Positions 45,937-59,241 of a stretch of DNA of 64,000 nucleotides are shown one piece after another. Origin of the DNA: Auanema rhodensis (taxonomy: Eukaryota > Animalia > Nematoda); NCBI GenBank assembly GCA_964057225.1, contig OZ059897.1, forward strand, positions 13,888,001 to 13,952,000, in the 5' to 3' direction. The stretch's first letter is position 1; each line of letters begins with the position of its first letter. A program made the position numbers and the translations under genes. The notes beneath the pieces were generated by a model that was given only the letters and a program-made list of their open reading frames with translations, had not been told where the DNA came from and did no database searches.

Positions 45937-48550
45937 TTAACGCTTAGATGGACCAATTAGCCTCATCTCATATAAACCACATTCATCTTGACTACGATCA
46001 ATTGGATTCAAATCTAACATTTTGGTGCCGACCAAAGGATCCCAGGATGATTCAGCCCATCCAGCAGAATTTCCTGAAGATCATGATTTGAATTTTGAGA
46101 AACTTTATTGAAAGACATACCTCTACCGAATATGGCAAAGACAATAGCACAAACCAGTAGAATCGCAGATGTTACTAAAAAGATTCGTAACCATTCTTTC
46201 AACGCACTAAAAAAAAGTGTTAATAAAGGATATGCTTGAAAATTGTACTTTTCTAGAACTAATGATCCAACCATCCATGGAAGAACCATATATGCAATTC
46301 CGAAACAAATGCCAAAAAATGTTATAATATATTTAGAATATGCTCTGTAACAATAAAACATTAATTATAGTCCGTGTTCATAATTCACCTTCCAACAAGG
46401 ATAGTAGAACGAAGGAATCCGGACACCATTAATCCAAGTGGTGCCAATGAAAGCAGTAAAGAAGTTTGAGCACTAAAAAAACATTTTTCATCTTTCTTTT
46501 AATATCATATTTATGTAGGATTAAAATTGAAAATAACTTACAATCCTGTCTTATCAGCATAGAATAAAATTGGTAAAGCCAATACAAAAATTGCTGTTAA
46601 AATGAAGGACATAGTGTTGAATATGCGTATTAGAATTGTTCTTGATGACACAGACATTCGATTTAAAAGTCCACTAACAATGAATATCAAGGGCTAAAAT
46701 TGGTTCTGATTAAATTGATTAACTTTGAATAAAAAAGCATACAATTCCCAAATACGGCAAGGATCCATATGTTCCCAAATGGTCAACCATAAACACTTGT
46801 TGGCATGATAAAAAGCTTGGCATATAAATACTGAACAAAGCTAAAACGAAGAAGAGCCCAAAAGCTGACATCCATATAGAATAAGCAGAAACAGAGCGCA
46901 GTAGAGTACAACAAGGTGTATCCATTACACGATTCTTTTTCAATTCCTTAAAATAATATTTTAATAACATTAGTGATTAGATAAGATATACTTTGACTTT
47001 TCCAGCAACAATTCTATTCAATTCGAGTCCATTAACCCATGGATGATCTTGAGGTAAATCACGATAGAAAATTAAGAATCTTAAACAAAATTAAGTAGAA
47101 AGATGAACAACGATTGATAAACTTACATTATCGAAAGTATAAAAGTTGGTACAGCATGAAGGATATAAATCACAGATAAAGCAACTTCATTGGAATATAG
47201 CAGCATAGTCAACGGCCAAGATAGAACAGGTCCAAGCTAAAATTGGTAGAAATAAAGTGAATAATTATAACAAGAATATTACAGTAATAAATAAAAACAT
47301 TGAAGTAAGAAAATAAAGTTGCTCTTTCAATGTTCCCCAGTTAGAAATCATACTACCCATCATTGGAAAGCTAATTGAAAAAGCTAATCCAAGAAGAAAA
47401 CGTACAATGGCTATAGCAATAGAATCTGAAAGATTTATTTTAAATTGAACAATAAAATACCGAAGCTTACTTATTAGTACCATGAAAGGCAAAACAACCG
47501 TTGAAACAGCAGACAAAGCTAATGCGGCAGCAAATGGGAATCTAACGCCAAAGGAACGAATAACGAGAATCCATGGAAATATTCCAACCAGAACACCTCC
47601 AATTAAACGAGATTATTAAGAAATTTAAAATTTTGAAAATGTTACCTAATCCCGGGGCTCCATAAATCATGCTGCGAACAACATACTTTCCCATGTTTAG
47701 TTTAGCCATAGAGACCTGCTCCAAGGAAGACCTGCAAATAAATCAAAATGGTTTTGTTTACATATTACTCAATGTTTTACTCGGTATCTTTATCTTTAAC
47801 AGCACTGAAATCTTCTTTTTCAATGTTTTGAATATCTTTGTCAGGATGTTCATATTTCTCAACAGCTTTTCGAACTTCTAAAAGGTAATAAAGTCAAAAC
47901 AGTGTAAGTTTTGGGTTGGATATACCTTCAAGAACAACATTTCTTGTCACACTTTGTAAGGGACTAGGTGTTGTGGTTGTTTTCTTTGTTGAAGTTAATT
48001 CAGGCGAAGCAGTTGTAGCTCGAACGTGTCTTGTTATAGGGTGACTTGTTTCTGGCTCAGGAGCTAGAGTCGGTAAATTTGTAAAGAAAACGAGACGTTT
48101 AGTAGTTGGTTTAGAAGTTGTTGTTGTGGGAGCAATGGTAGCTGCTATCCGCTTAGTTGGTGGAAGTATTGGATGACCGTCTAAATACAACATTTAATCA
48201 TCGAAAAGTAAAATAAGTCAAAATATAAAACTAGAACATAGATAGAAATACCTTTCCATTTATCCATAACAGTCTCATTAATTTCTCTTTTTGTTCGATC
48301 TGGAAATAAAATGAAGATTAAATAAGAAATCTGAAATAGGCAACTCACGATGCCAAGTGGTATACTCATGTAAACTGGTTAATGATGCTACAGGTTTCCA
48401 ATCATCAGGTAAATCTTCATCAAGAATAGCAGTTAAATTGAATAATATTAAATTAGCAAATAAAAATGAAACACTAAATATGCTCAGTAGTAGGACTAGG
48501 TGACGTACATTATTGGTAAAGCAACAACAACATGGCGGACTTCTCGCCAT
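45937..48550 (-). CDS. SLC17/anion:cation symporter-like MFS transporter with an enlarged first extracellular loop
   Basis: TTTCAG before ATG. VRHLVLLLSIFSVSFLFANLILFNLT (TM1), VRFLLGLAFSISFPMMGSMISNWGTLKEQ, FYRDLPQDHPWVNGLELNRIVAGK, LLRSVSAYSIW, EWLRIFL, AIFGRGNSAGWA. Stop at 45939-45937. Confidence 0.88.
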
Positions 48551-51062
48551 CCTGAAATGGAAGAAATTGAATAAAAAACAGAAAGCATGATGTCAAAATT
48601 AAGGTTAGAAAGATAATATGGAAATCGATTAGAAGCTAGTAGTTGTAATCGGAGAATATTCTATACGAAGTCCATGAAAACGTACTAGGCTCAAGATGAA
48701 AGTCAAGATGTCAAATATACCGTTAAATGAGAAAAAATAGAAAAGCTGAAGTTGAAAAATGAAGGTAAACTTTTTTAGAACATTAGAGTAAAGCAGAAAT
48801 ACAGAGATGCATAAGCGAGTTCCCTTTGTACTTGTTGTTCAGAATTGAAAATTAGTCATTCATGATTAATAACATTGCTAAATTTGGCAACAGAAAATAT
48901 ATAAAGATCCCTAAAAATATAAAGTATTATGAGTCTATCCTAAGCATGATAACCAATATGAATGTTAAAAATAAATATAAAACAATAATTTTGATAATAT
49001 TTAGTTATGACTTGATTTAGTAAGAGTCTATTCTACGTGGGCGCCTGAATCATAAGTAGTACAGATGGTAAACAGATAAAGAAAAGGAAAAAACCCATTG
49101 ATATAAAATATTACTTCATTAAAAATATTTAAAAGATGCAAATGAAGAAAAATTCGTTTTAAAAACAGATTCCGTCAATTTTAAAGCTTTTTTTTTCTTT
49201 CATGGTAGTTCGAACAACTGGTCTACTCAGCATGAGAAAAAGACGGTTTAAAGAAGAGATGGAAGGATTTGAAATTGCTAGCCTTAAGAGCAACAACCAA
49301 ACATTCATACATAAACAATGTTTTCAGCATAAAATCAATAAAATATCTGGAACTATGTGTTCCTTCACAAACAAATAAAAGATTTAGCAACAGATACAAC
49401 ATCTTTAATTTTTAAATTAGAAACATGGCGAGGAACGCCCGAAAATAAGGACTAGTATACGTTATTCTAAAACCTTCTGATTCCAACGTATTACCAAATG
49501 CATAGAAAGTTCACGCAAAAAAAAATAAAAGAGTCAGTCATTTTCCTAAAATCTTGGACAAAGAACGGTTGCACTGCAGCAACGAAGCACAGCTGTTAAA
49601 ATAACAGGCAATAACTCTTGTGAAAACGAAATAACTATATAACATGATACGATATTCATTACAAATGACAATATGTTGATGAAGATATAGCTGTCTCTGC
49701 CATAATTATTTCAAAAAACGCACTAGTCATGTAATAAACTTATTTACTGGAGCAATGAGTTTTTGGTAATAGTTAAAATTCATGAATATAGAAAAAAGTT
49801 AGAACGCCCTTATTACGCAGTAAAGGGCAAAAAAAGAGTTATAACTAAATGAAAGTTCTAAAAGCATTGAAAAGAGCATTTTAACTAGATGAAGAATTTA
49901 GTTAAAAATCGATAGTTTCAGTATAAAACATGAATCAGAAAGTATACAGATAAAATATGGTAAAATTTGTAAGATAAAGCCATGATTATTGAAGTCATAT
50001 TAAACATTAAAAATCAATAAAAGGTACCTCAAACTTTACATATTTGCATTTGCATATACATATACATATACATAAAATGATTATAATAGAAACCTTGAAT
50101 TACTTATTATCAACTAGAACAAGTGAAACTAATATAAGGAATAATGATAAAACTTTTAGAGGAAGTAGTGAGTTTAATTTGAAGTTAGGAGAATTTTAAT
50201 TTTGAAAATTTGAAGGACCATTATTACAAAGTGCAATAAATTTATATGTTTTAATGTTTGAAAAACAATATTGAATATGAGAACAAGTAAAACTTTAATT
50301 GTGAGTTTTTCATAGTTTATTCTAGCATAAGTAAAGATTAAAAAACTCATTTTTTATATTTACCACAATCATGAATATAAATTGTAGCGTTATGCTATAG
50401 TTTCTCTGGGTCGTTGAACTGTACGGATGGGACAGAACCAGAGAAACATACAGTAACGGCATGAGGTTAGAGATAGAGAGGAGAAATGAGAATGTAGTTA
50501 TGAACTACCTTTTGTATAAATGAATTACCTTTTGAGAGTATTTTAAAAGGTTTTAAATTTTTTTTGTAATATACTCAGCCATTAATGATATTTATAGAAT
50601 AGTGAATGAACAAAGGGAAATACGAAAAAAAAATTTATTACCGTAATTTCCAGATGAAAGGTAACAGAGCGTAAGAAATAAGATGGTGATTATGGAATTG
50701 AGGGCCAAAATAAGACATTTTAATGAAAGATAATTCTATATTTAGTATAGTTAAGAATGAAAAACATATTTCGAAACTCTATTAGAGAGAATTAATGTTC
50801 ATAAATTGCTGTGTTCTAATATTTTTCTTACGAAAGAGCCTGAAAAAAATATAAACATTTACAAACACATCCGATACATGCAATATGGATTTATGACCTA
50901 AATGTGATAACTAAAAAGTATTTGTAGGAACGTCAATATATCACTACATATATATTTTTTATTTTATTTGAATTTTGTACGTAATAGTTGATCCACAAAC
51001 TTAAATAGTATCTATTAAACTTTTTTTTTCATTCTTATCTGTGCCATTTGATAATTCTTAGG

Positions 51063-51845
51063 ATGGAATCACCTTTAACTACAAACAAATGCAGATCTTT
51101 TAAAATGAAAAATGCCAGAAAAAGAAATATAAGGATACATAGTCTGGTATATTTGAATTCTTTACATTTAAATAATTTTTAATACATTTTCATTTACAGC
51201 TATCTACAACACCTTTTGGCAAAAAAATTAAAATTTCTGGAAATCGCAGAACTTTGCGTGAGGGATTCATTTCTAAATCCAAAGCATATTCTCATCCAAT
51301 GATTAAGAGAATGGTTTTAGAAGCACAAGCTATGTCACGATTAACACATGAAGGTCTATTTGCCTTTCAGTATGTGTTTTAATCTTTATTATACAGAATT
51401 AGAGCCAAAGATATCAAATACTATGCAAGAAAACGTTTTTCAAACATTTGGCAGGACGCGATCTCAGACTGCAAGACATGCATTACTTCCTGGATTGGAT
51501 TACACAGCTAGTGAAAATATATCCGTACAACGAGCAACTAATTTGTAAGTCTTAATCTTTTGAATATAATATACTTATTTTGGGTTTTTAAGATATAATG
51601 AATTAGTATCTGAATGTGTAGAAGATGTAGATGATTATATAGAACTTTGTAAAAGAGGAAGGAAGATTGAAAAGATATCAGCTCATCTTAAAGCTTCGTC
51701 TCGTTCTGGTCGTCATCGAAATGCGATAGGCACTTCTTTAACTTCCATTAGTACTCCTCCAGTAAGTAGAACTCCGGATATGAATTATCTTCAAGATAAA
51801 GTTAATGAGGAATGGGTTTATTACTTAGCTGAACAATTATCTTGA
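51063..51845 (+). CDS. Orphan-like basic protein, about 210 aa, 4 exons
   Basis: Four exons with canonical GT-AG introns give one continuous ORF: MESPLTTNKCRSFKMKNARKRNIRIHSL...FQTFGRTRSQTARHALL...EEWVYYLAEQLS*. Confidence 0.72.
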
Positions 51846-52569
51846 TAATATTTTAATTTATGCATTTTATATAATCACAGTGCATGAATTTTGCACGTTT
51901 TATGAAGATATTCTATTAGAACAAAAAAAAACAGAAAAGGGAAAATTATTTCGATAAACTATTCATAGGTTAAAACAAGATTAATAGATAATTGTACATA
52001 TATATTAATCACATTAATTATAATTAATTGTATTACATTTTAATTTATATACACCTAAAAGTAATGCTAGTTAATGTTATTTAATGTATTTATCTCAATA
52101 AATTTGTACTTATTAATATTTTTCTAAGATATATATAAGAAAATTCAAAGAATCGATCAAACTAGAAAATGTATAGTGAATTTCACTAAAAGAGGAAAAC
52201 TATTTCGTTGAAAGAAGAAAAAACATTATTAATCAACTCGAAACCTTTTAAAGAGGTTAATAACGACTATTACCATGGCCTTCAAACATTATGTTGTGTT
52301 TTAGGGATCACAAGGTTTTTTTTTAAATTTAAAAGGCCAAACAGATTAACCTATCATGAATCTGTAACAATAATGAAAAATTAGCTTTCATGAAATATTT
52401 CTTTTTATTTGTAATTATGTGTATATTAATTTAAAAACAAAAGCATTCATGCACTTCAAAGTATTGAGCTTTCAGTGATGTATACAACATATAACTTTAG
52501 GTTTGATATTGAATAATTTGTCTTAAATAGTGTTACTTTAGTTAAATATTTTATTATTACAATTTATAT

Positions 52570-54592
52570 TTACATTACAGATGAAATAGGTACAAATCTC
52601 ATGTCAAAATTTGCAGGAATATTGAACATTGCTTCCGGACAAATTCCTTTCATTGGAGGAAGATCTCCAACTGGTTGGAAATCATATTTTGATAATAAAT
52701 TTCCAAGTAACTATAAATGATTCTCTTAATTATATTTTTATTATGTGTAGTTACCAAATAAATCTCAGCTCGTGCTAAGGATTCTCCAGGACATGCACGC
52801 TTACCAATGCCAAATGGAATAATGTGCTGTTCCAATTTATCTTTCTTAGAAAAACGTTCAGGATCAAACTGAATTTTAATAATTGTATATAGTTTATAAG
52901 ATTTAGAAAACCTTATCGGAATCTTCAAAATACTTTTCTTCAGTCATTATTAAAGCTATTTCAGCTGTTATAGGAACACCAGGTTCAACAATGTAATTAT
53001 CAATTTGAGTTCGTTCCAAGGCTTGCCGAAATAGATTTATAGCCAAGAGATTAGCATGACGTTGAATTTCCTAAAAAGAATTGATGAAAAACATTTTTTG
53101 TTCCGTAATTTTACCAATGTTGTAGCATGGAAATAGGGTGTTTCACTTCTATCCTTCAAAGATAAATGTCTATTACCATGTGTTACACGATGGATCTCTT
53201 CTCGAGCTTTTTGAGCTATCTTACAATTCAATAAAATTAATTTAAAAACAAAAAAAATGAAAAAGAACCTCTGGATGATTCAAGAAATAAGTAAATCCAA
53301 ATACTAAAGTAGTACTTGTTGTTTCTAGTCCAGCGTTCCATAAATCCATAAGATTAGTCACTAATGCTTCTTCACTGTAAGTAAAATATGATAATATTTT
53401 AAGAAAAATTGAGAACAAACTTGAAGTATGAGTTTGGATTATCTTGTTCCATTTCTATTTTTTTCAAATACGCATCAACATAATCAGTTCCTTCATCAAC
53501 AATAATATGATCTCCTTTGCGAATAGCTTCTGTTCTTAAAATTAATTTTTCAATATTTATAAATTCAAATTCGATTACCTTTCATTCACTTGATTAGCAA
53601 TAAAATCCTTAAGATCGTCAACAGATTTTAACATAGTTTCATATCTAGTTTTAATTATTGGTATGCTCATAATCCATTCTGGTATAAATAGATCAATCAA
53701 ACTTAAGTTGGCTGTAGCATCGTCAAGTTTCTTTTTTAATACAAAAAATTCTTCTTGATTATGCTTAAATGTGTTTAGTTTATAGTGCCAAAACATTAAA
53801 TATATGTTTACCTTTTCAAATCGAACTGAAAAAAGCATTCTGTTTATAATACTTCCAACAAGTAAATCTACAAATTTTCTGATTTCCGTTACATGCTTAC
53901 TATCATTTTTAATATTTTTGTCAAGTTCAGCAGATCTGTGTTATCATAAGTTTATAAAATACAACCAAAATAAATGAATACCGTAAATCAAATTCCATCA
54001 TAATTCGATCTTCTATTAAATTCCTTCCAACTCCAAAGTTTCTAAGTGTTTGAAGTGTGAATCTTCTTTGATACATCCAATTTTCTCCATTAGATAACAC
54101 TATACCTTGTTCTCCTAATTTGATAAATAATAATATTGTTTTTTCAAATATCTGTATATACCTCTCTTATATTGAAATACAAAAGGAGACCATCGATCAG
54201 CAAAAGTATTTCCTTTCTTAATCATAAGATCATGAGCTCGTTCCAAGCTTGCAATATGAACGGTTGGTAGTGGTCCTATCCAAATTGTAAAAATATCTCC
54301 ATATTGCTATATAATATTGTTATTATTTTTATTTAAATAAAATTGTAAATATAATACTTGTTTGAATATATGCATAGCTTTAACAGTAGACCCAGTTCGC
54401 ATAATATAATAACCAAATTGTGGAAGATTACCCAAGATATGTAATGGAAAAGGACCTTAAGAAACAAATATATAAATATATATTAACCTTCAAAAAATAT
54501 AAAATTAAGATACCTGGTGGTAATGTTGATCTTTTTTTCAAAATATATAAATAATATAAAGTAAATGAGAATATGAAAATGTAGATGAACAT
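52570..54592 (-). CDS. Cytochrome P450, CYP2 clan (cyp-34/35-like)
   Basis: N-terminal anchor plus [30 protein letters not shown]-helix [13 protein letters not shown]-helix EIQR, FDPERF, heme motif [18 protein letters not shown]. Confidence 0.95.
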
Positions 54593-55886
54593 CTCTGATT
54601 TGCTGTTTCTAAAATGATATATAATATAATAAATGATAATTTACTATATATGTACATATATACAAATATTTTATTCGAAAAAAAACTGTTCATTCTTATT
54701 TAATCATTTTAATATATATTATGAATCATATTTTCCTATTTATATAATATTTTGAAGACATGTTCATTCTTGTTTAACACTAATTATTTCAAAGATGCAC
54801 ATTAATGAACAACGTATACACAAAGAGTCACATTCTTTTAAAGATATCAGTATATATAATCTTGTTTTTTTGTTTATTAAATATTAATTTGTTTTTATAA
54901 AACTATTGTTTAGTTTTAAATATATCATATATATCATATATATATACATGTACATATGTATATATCTGTATATTAAGAGAAATTATTCATGAGTAAATTA
55001 AGGTTTTTTGAATTTTTAAAAAAAACTAATTTACTTTCAAATAAAATTTGATAAGGAATTTAAAACATGATCTTTGTACATATTATCATAGAATAAAAAA
55101 TATTTCTTATCAAAATTTCTAAATGGAATTAGATAATATTGCAAAGAATAAGAATATTGGAAAAAAAATTTAATAAGCAGAAGTTAAACATAAAAAATCA
55201 AAAAAAAGCAGACATCATATTGAAAATATATCAGTTTATTACAATAAAATATGTCTGCTTATAGTGATAAACAAGAAATTGCTAATAATAATTTAATTAT
55301 AATATAAGAACTTGTTTTTCTATAACTTACAATTAATTATACATATGTTTTATATGTACATATATACAATATACATATGTATATAGATTTATTAATTATT
55401 TCTTAAAAACTAATAATTTCACTTTTTTTTGACATTCAATCATCTTAATTATATTTATACTATTAGTTTTATATATGTATCTCCAAATATAGTAAAACTG
55501 ATGACGATGATGATGATGATGAAACATGGGTTGGGAGAAATTCTGGATTTTGGAGCTAAGCGATTAACGTTTTCCTGTCTAGGGCAATTCTCGTTGCGCA
55601 ACATGAATATAGTAAGTAATACTCAAAACTAGAATAATCATTTCACTTTTATTTATTTTATTGTATTGTGTATGTTATTGAAATATTCTCAGAGTAATAG
55701 TTAGTTAAATAAACTTTATTCAATGTTCATATATAGTATATACCTCTAGTATATAGTATATCTATTTGTTTTTAATATATTATCCTGTATTAAACTATTA
55801 TTAATCAATATGAATTAAATATATTTAATATAAATAATATATTATTTTCTTTATTTATTCAATTGAATTCAATTTCAGATATAATC

Positions 55887-57400
55887 ATGAAGATATTATT
55901 TTGGACATCTATTATAAGGTAATGTATATATTTCTTTTTTTATTTATAAAAAAATATTTTTATATTTTAGTATTGTTCATTCACAATTCTTAGGAAGTTC
56001 ATTATTTAATGCTTTATCTAATTATAATGATAATGATATGTGTCGATATATTTCTTGTCCATTTGGTCAATATTGTTGGAATGGTAACTGTATAAGTAGC
56101 GCAGCTTCAACTGGCAACATGAGGTAAAACTATCATAATTATTATTATTTTATATAAATAATTATATTATATCTTTATTAGATATATTGTATTATGTATT
56201 CAATAATTGCCTCAAGATTTTCAGAAGTATGGGCGGATTAAGTGCTTTAACTTCTGCTGCTTCATTATATGGTATGAATGCAAATAGAGGTATAAAACTT
56301 TTTGAACTTTTACATCTAGTTTGAGACTAACTATATTGAATATATATATATATATATATGTGCATATAATTTGATATAATATTTATTTTATGTTTTCGTT
56401 CTCGATTCTTAAAAAAATGACTACTATTATTATGATCAATTATTCAACATTCTGGCATATCCGGTTATGTAAAGCTTATTGGCCAAGAATGAACACGCTG
56501 TTCAAGCCAATCTAGATTTCTGATCTAACTGTACTGTTATAAAAAAATTTTTTTTTTAAAGTTTGGAAAAAGCGAAATGTAATAAAATACTTATTAAAAA
56601 TATAATTATTCCAGGTTTAATGGGCACATTAGGATACGGCAATGCTGCTTCTCCATATGGTTCAGGAATGGGTATGGGAATGGGAATGGGAATGGGTATG
56701 GGCATGGGAATGGGCCAAGTAAATGGTAATTAAATCAAAAACTTTAATTAAAACTTATTTTTGTGTGTTATATTCAAATTTATATAATTCAACTGTATAG
56801 TTAATTATACATGTAAATGAAATGATGTAATAATTTATGTGAAATATTTTGCATCTGGTTGAATGACATAATTTGAAAACAACATGTTCAACTGTTTTAA
56901 AACTTTTATTTTTATTTATTAAGGTTTACAAGCATGTAGCTTGATGCAACAATGCTTAAATGGACAAATTTGTGTTAATGGATATTGTAGTAGAAGTAAT
57001 GTGGCATACAGTGGCAGTCAAATAATGCCTACTCAACAAAGTATATTGTTTTCTTTTTTTTTTAACAAAAAAAAATATTTTATAATCAAAATATTTGGAA
57101 AATTAAATATTTTGTTTTAGGTTGTGCTACTGGAGCCGTTTGCCCTGTGGGTCAATATTGCATTGGTGGAGTATGCATTGCAAACGCTATGTCTACTACA
57201 TTTGGTTAGAAATATGTGTTTTTTTTTCTGAAAATTACAAAAATAAAAAAAAACAAATGACAATATAATGAAATATTAAAGTTTTATTTGTATAATTCAA
57301 CCTTGTTATAGCATGTCAGAATGGAATATCTTGCCCAATGGGAATGGTTTGCCAACTAGGTCGATGTCTTCATAATGGATTTCCTCTATTAGGCAAATAG
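55887..57400 (+). CDS. Secreted Cys-rich repeat protein with a (Gly-Met)8 tract
   Basis: TTTCAG upstream; signal-like [15 protein letters not shown]. Four 4-Cys repeats: [71 protein letters not shown]. Stop TAG 57398-57400. Confidence 0.85.
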
Positions 57401-57609
57401 AAAAAAATTCTTTAATTGAAGGTTATTGTATATATGAATTTCTTTAAATATAATCCATAATATTCATTATATATTTGTATAAATAATTGGGAAAACATTT
57501 TATATTTATATTTTATTTTTGTTCAAGTAATTAAATAATTTAAATATATTTGTTGTAATTTAGTCATAGTATTCGCTTTATAGTTATATACTGGATCAGT
57601 TAAATCATA

Positions 57610-59241
57610 TTAGGATTCAGATAAAGTTGAAATCGGATGTCTTTTTACTTCAAATTGATCAATTATCTCATCTGTTTTCTGCCATAAAGCTTCCTGAACA
57701 CAAAAATATTTTCAGATAAACAAAAAGAAGTCAAAAATGAAGTTTAGACATACCTGAAGCGTTTCGTCACGTGCATTTTCTGCATCAAAATGCTTTTCAT
57801 CATCCCAACAACTTTCCCAGAATTTGCCACTGATTTGTGAAACTTCAGGGGAAGCAGCACAGTAAACAGTCGTCGCGGCACCTTGGCTCAAGTTTTTAGT
57901 GAAAGGCTTCATTAAAAAGTTGAACGCTTTTGCAAACCCACCGAATCCACGACTAATATCTAAATAGAGCCAATTAATCTGAAACGAATTAAAAAGAAAT
58001 GGCATTACCAGTTCCAATCATAGTTCCTGGATGAAGTACATAAACGGAAACATTATTATTCTGTTCATCACGATGAAGTTTCATTGCTGTCAATACATTA
58101 CACATTTTTGAGTAAGCATATAATCTGAAATTAAATTTTTAATTAAAAAAAACTGAAAAATTTAAAATAATTCTCGAAACCTGTATAGATTTTCTGTTGC
58201 ATCCTTTGGCATCAATTTTTCAACTTTTTCATTTAGAGACATTGTCGGTTTTATCTGAAATTCATATAACTGAAAGAAATATAAATAGTTTGGAATACAA
58301 ACTCCATTATGAAGATGTGATAAGGAAGAAACAATAACAATTCTTGAATTTTCTGTTTGTCGAATTACAGGTAAGAGTTCGCGTATCAGATACTGATGAG
58401 CAACATGGTTAATGCCAAAGCATGACTCAAGACCATCAATAGTTGTCTTTTGCGTAGGAGCAAATACTCCAGCATTCAGAATCAGAACATTTAATGGCCT
58501 AGAAATATATTTTTTCACATAATTTCTATATAATTGATTTAATTTCTTTTGAATATTTATATATTACCAATGCTTGTCTTTGAATTCTTTGGATGCTGCT
58601 TGAACAGATTGAAGAGAACTAAGGTCACACATGATTAGATCAACTTTAGCATCACTCTAAATACAAAACAACTGTACAAGCTTTCAATGAAGAATATACC
58701 TTTTTCTCTAATATTTCATTTTTAAGTCTTTCACTTAATATAAGATTTCGATTAGCCATGACAACATGAGCTCCTTAAAACATTTATTAGTTTTACTAAT
58801 TTATAAGTAACTTACCTCGAAATGCAAGTGATTTTGCTGTTTCAATTCCAATTCCTGATGTAGTTCCAGTTATTAAAATAGTTTTTCCAGTTAGATCAAC
58901 ATCAGCTATAACCTATAAAATCAGATAATAATACAATAAATTAAAAAATGAAAGTTACTTCATCTGCACTACTCCGAGAACCAAAAGTTCTTTTTCTTTC
59001 AGGAGCATGATGAGCCTGAGAGATACTTGCAGCTGATTCACTATCAGTCATATATGCTAATTGAAAAGAAGGTCGTCGAGAGCTTCCTCTGGATGATCCT
59101 AAACATAAAGAAACATTTTAGTATTGAAACGAATTACAAGAATAAAAAAAAAGAAATTTAAAATAAAAATGAGAAAGTGATACAGTTCTTCTTACCGAAA
59201 AACTCCGAAACCGACTCTCCAATATAAACAGGAGATGTCAT
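57610..59241 (-). CDS. Short-chain dehydrogenase/reductase, WWOX/retinol dehydrogenase-like (dhs-7/8 group)
   Basis: TILITGTTSGIG Rossmann motif, AHVVMANRN, VLILNAGVF, FGINHVAH, IVIVSS, YAYSK (YxxxK), VLHPG, QGAATTVYCAASP. Confidence 0.93.

Noticed and set aside
49427-49455. GGCG-loop-CGCC followed by CTAGT, resembling a Helitron 3' end
   Set aside because: Stem is only 4 bp; no 5' end or second copy seen
49803-49835. GCCCTT...AAGGGC hairpin resembling a histone stem-loop or terminator
   Set aside because: Wrong loop size and no histone ORF nearby
56430-56525. GC-richer intronic island ending in CTGA (possible C/D snoRNA)
   Set aside because: C box is imperfect, with no convincing terminal stem or 10-nt rRNA guide by eye
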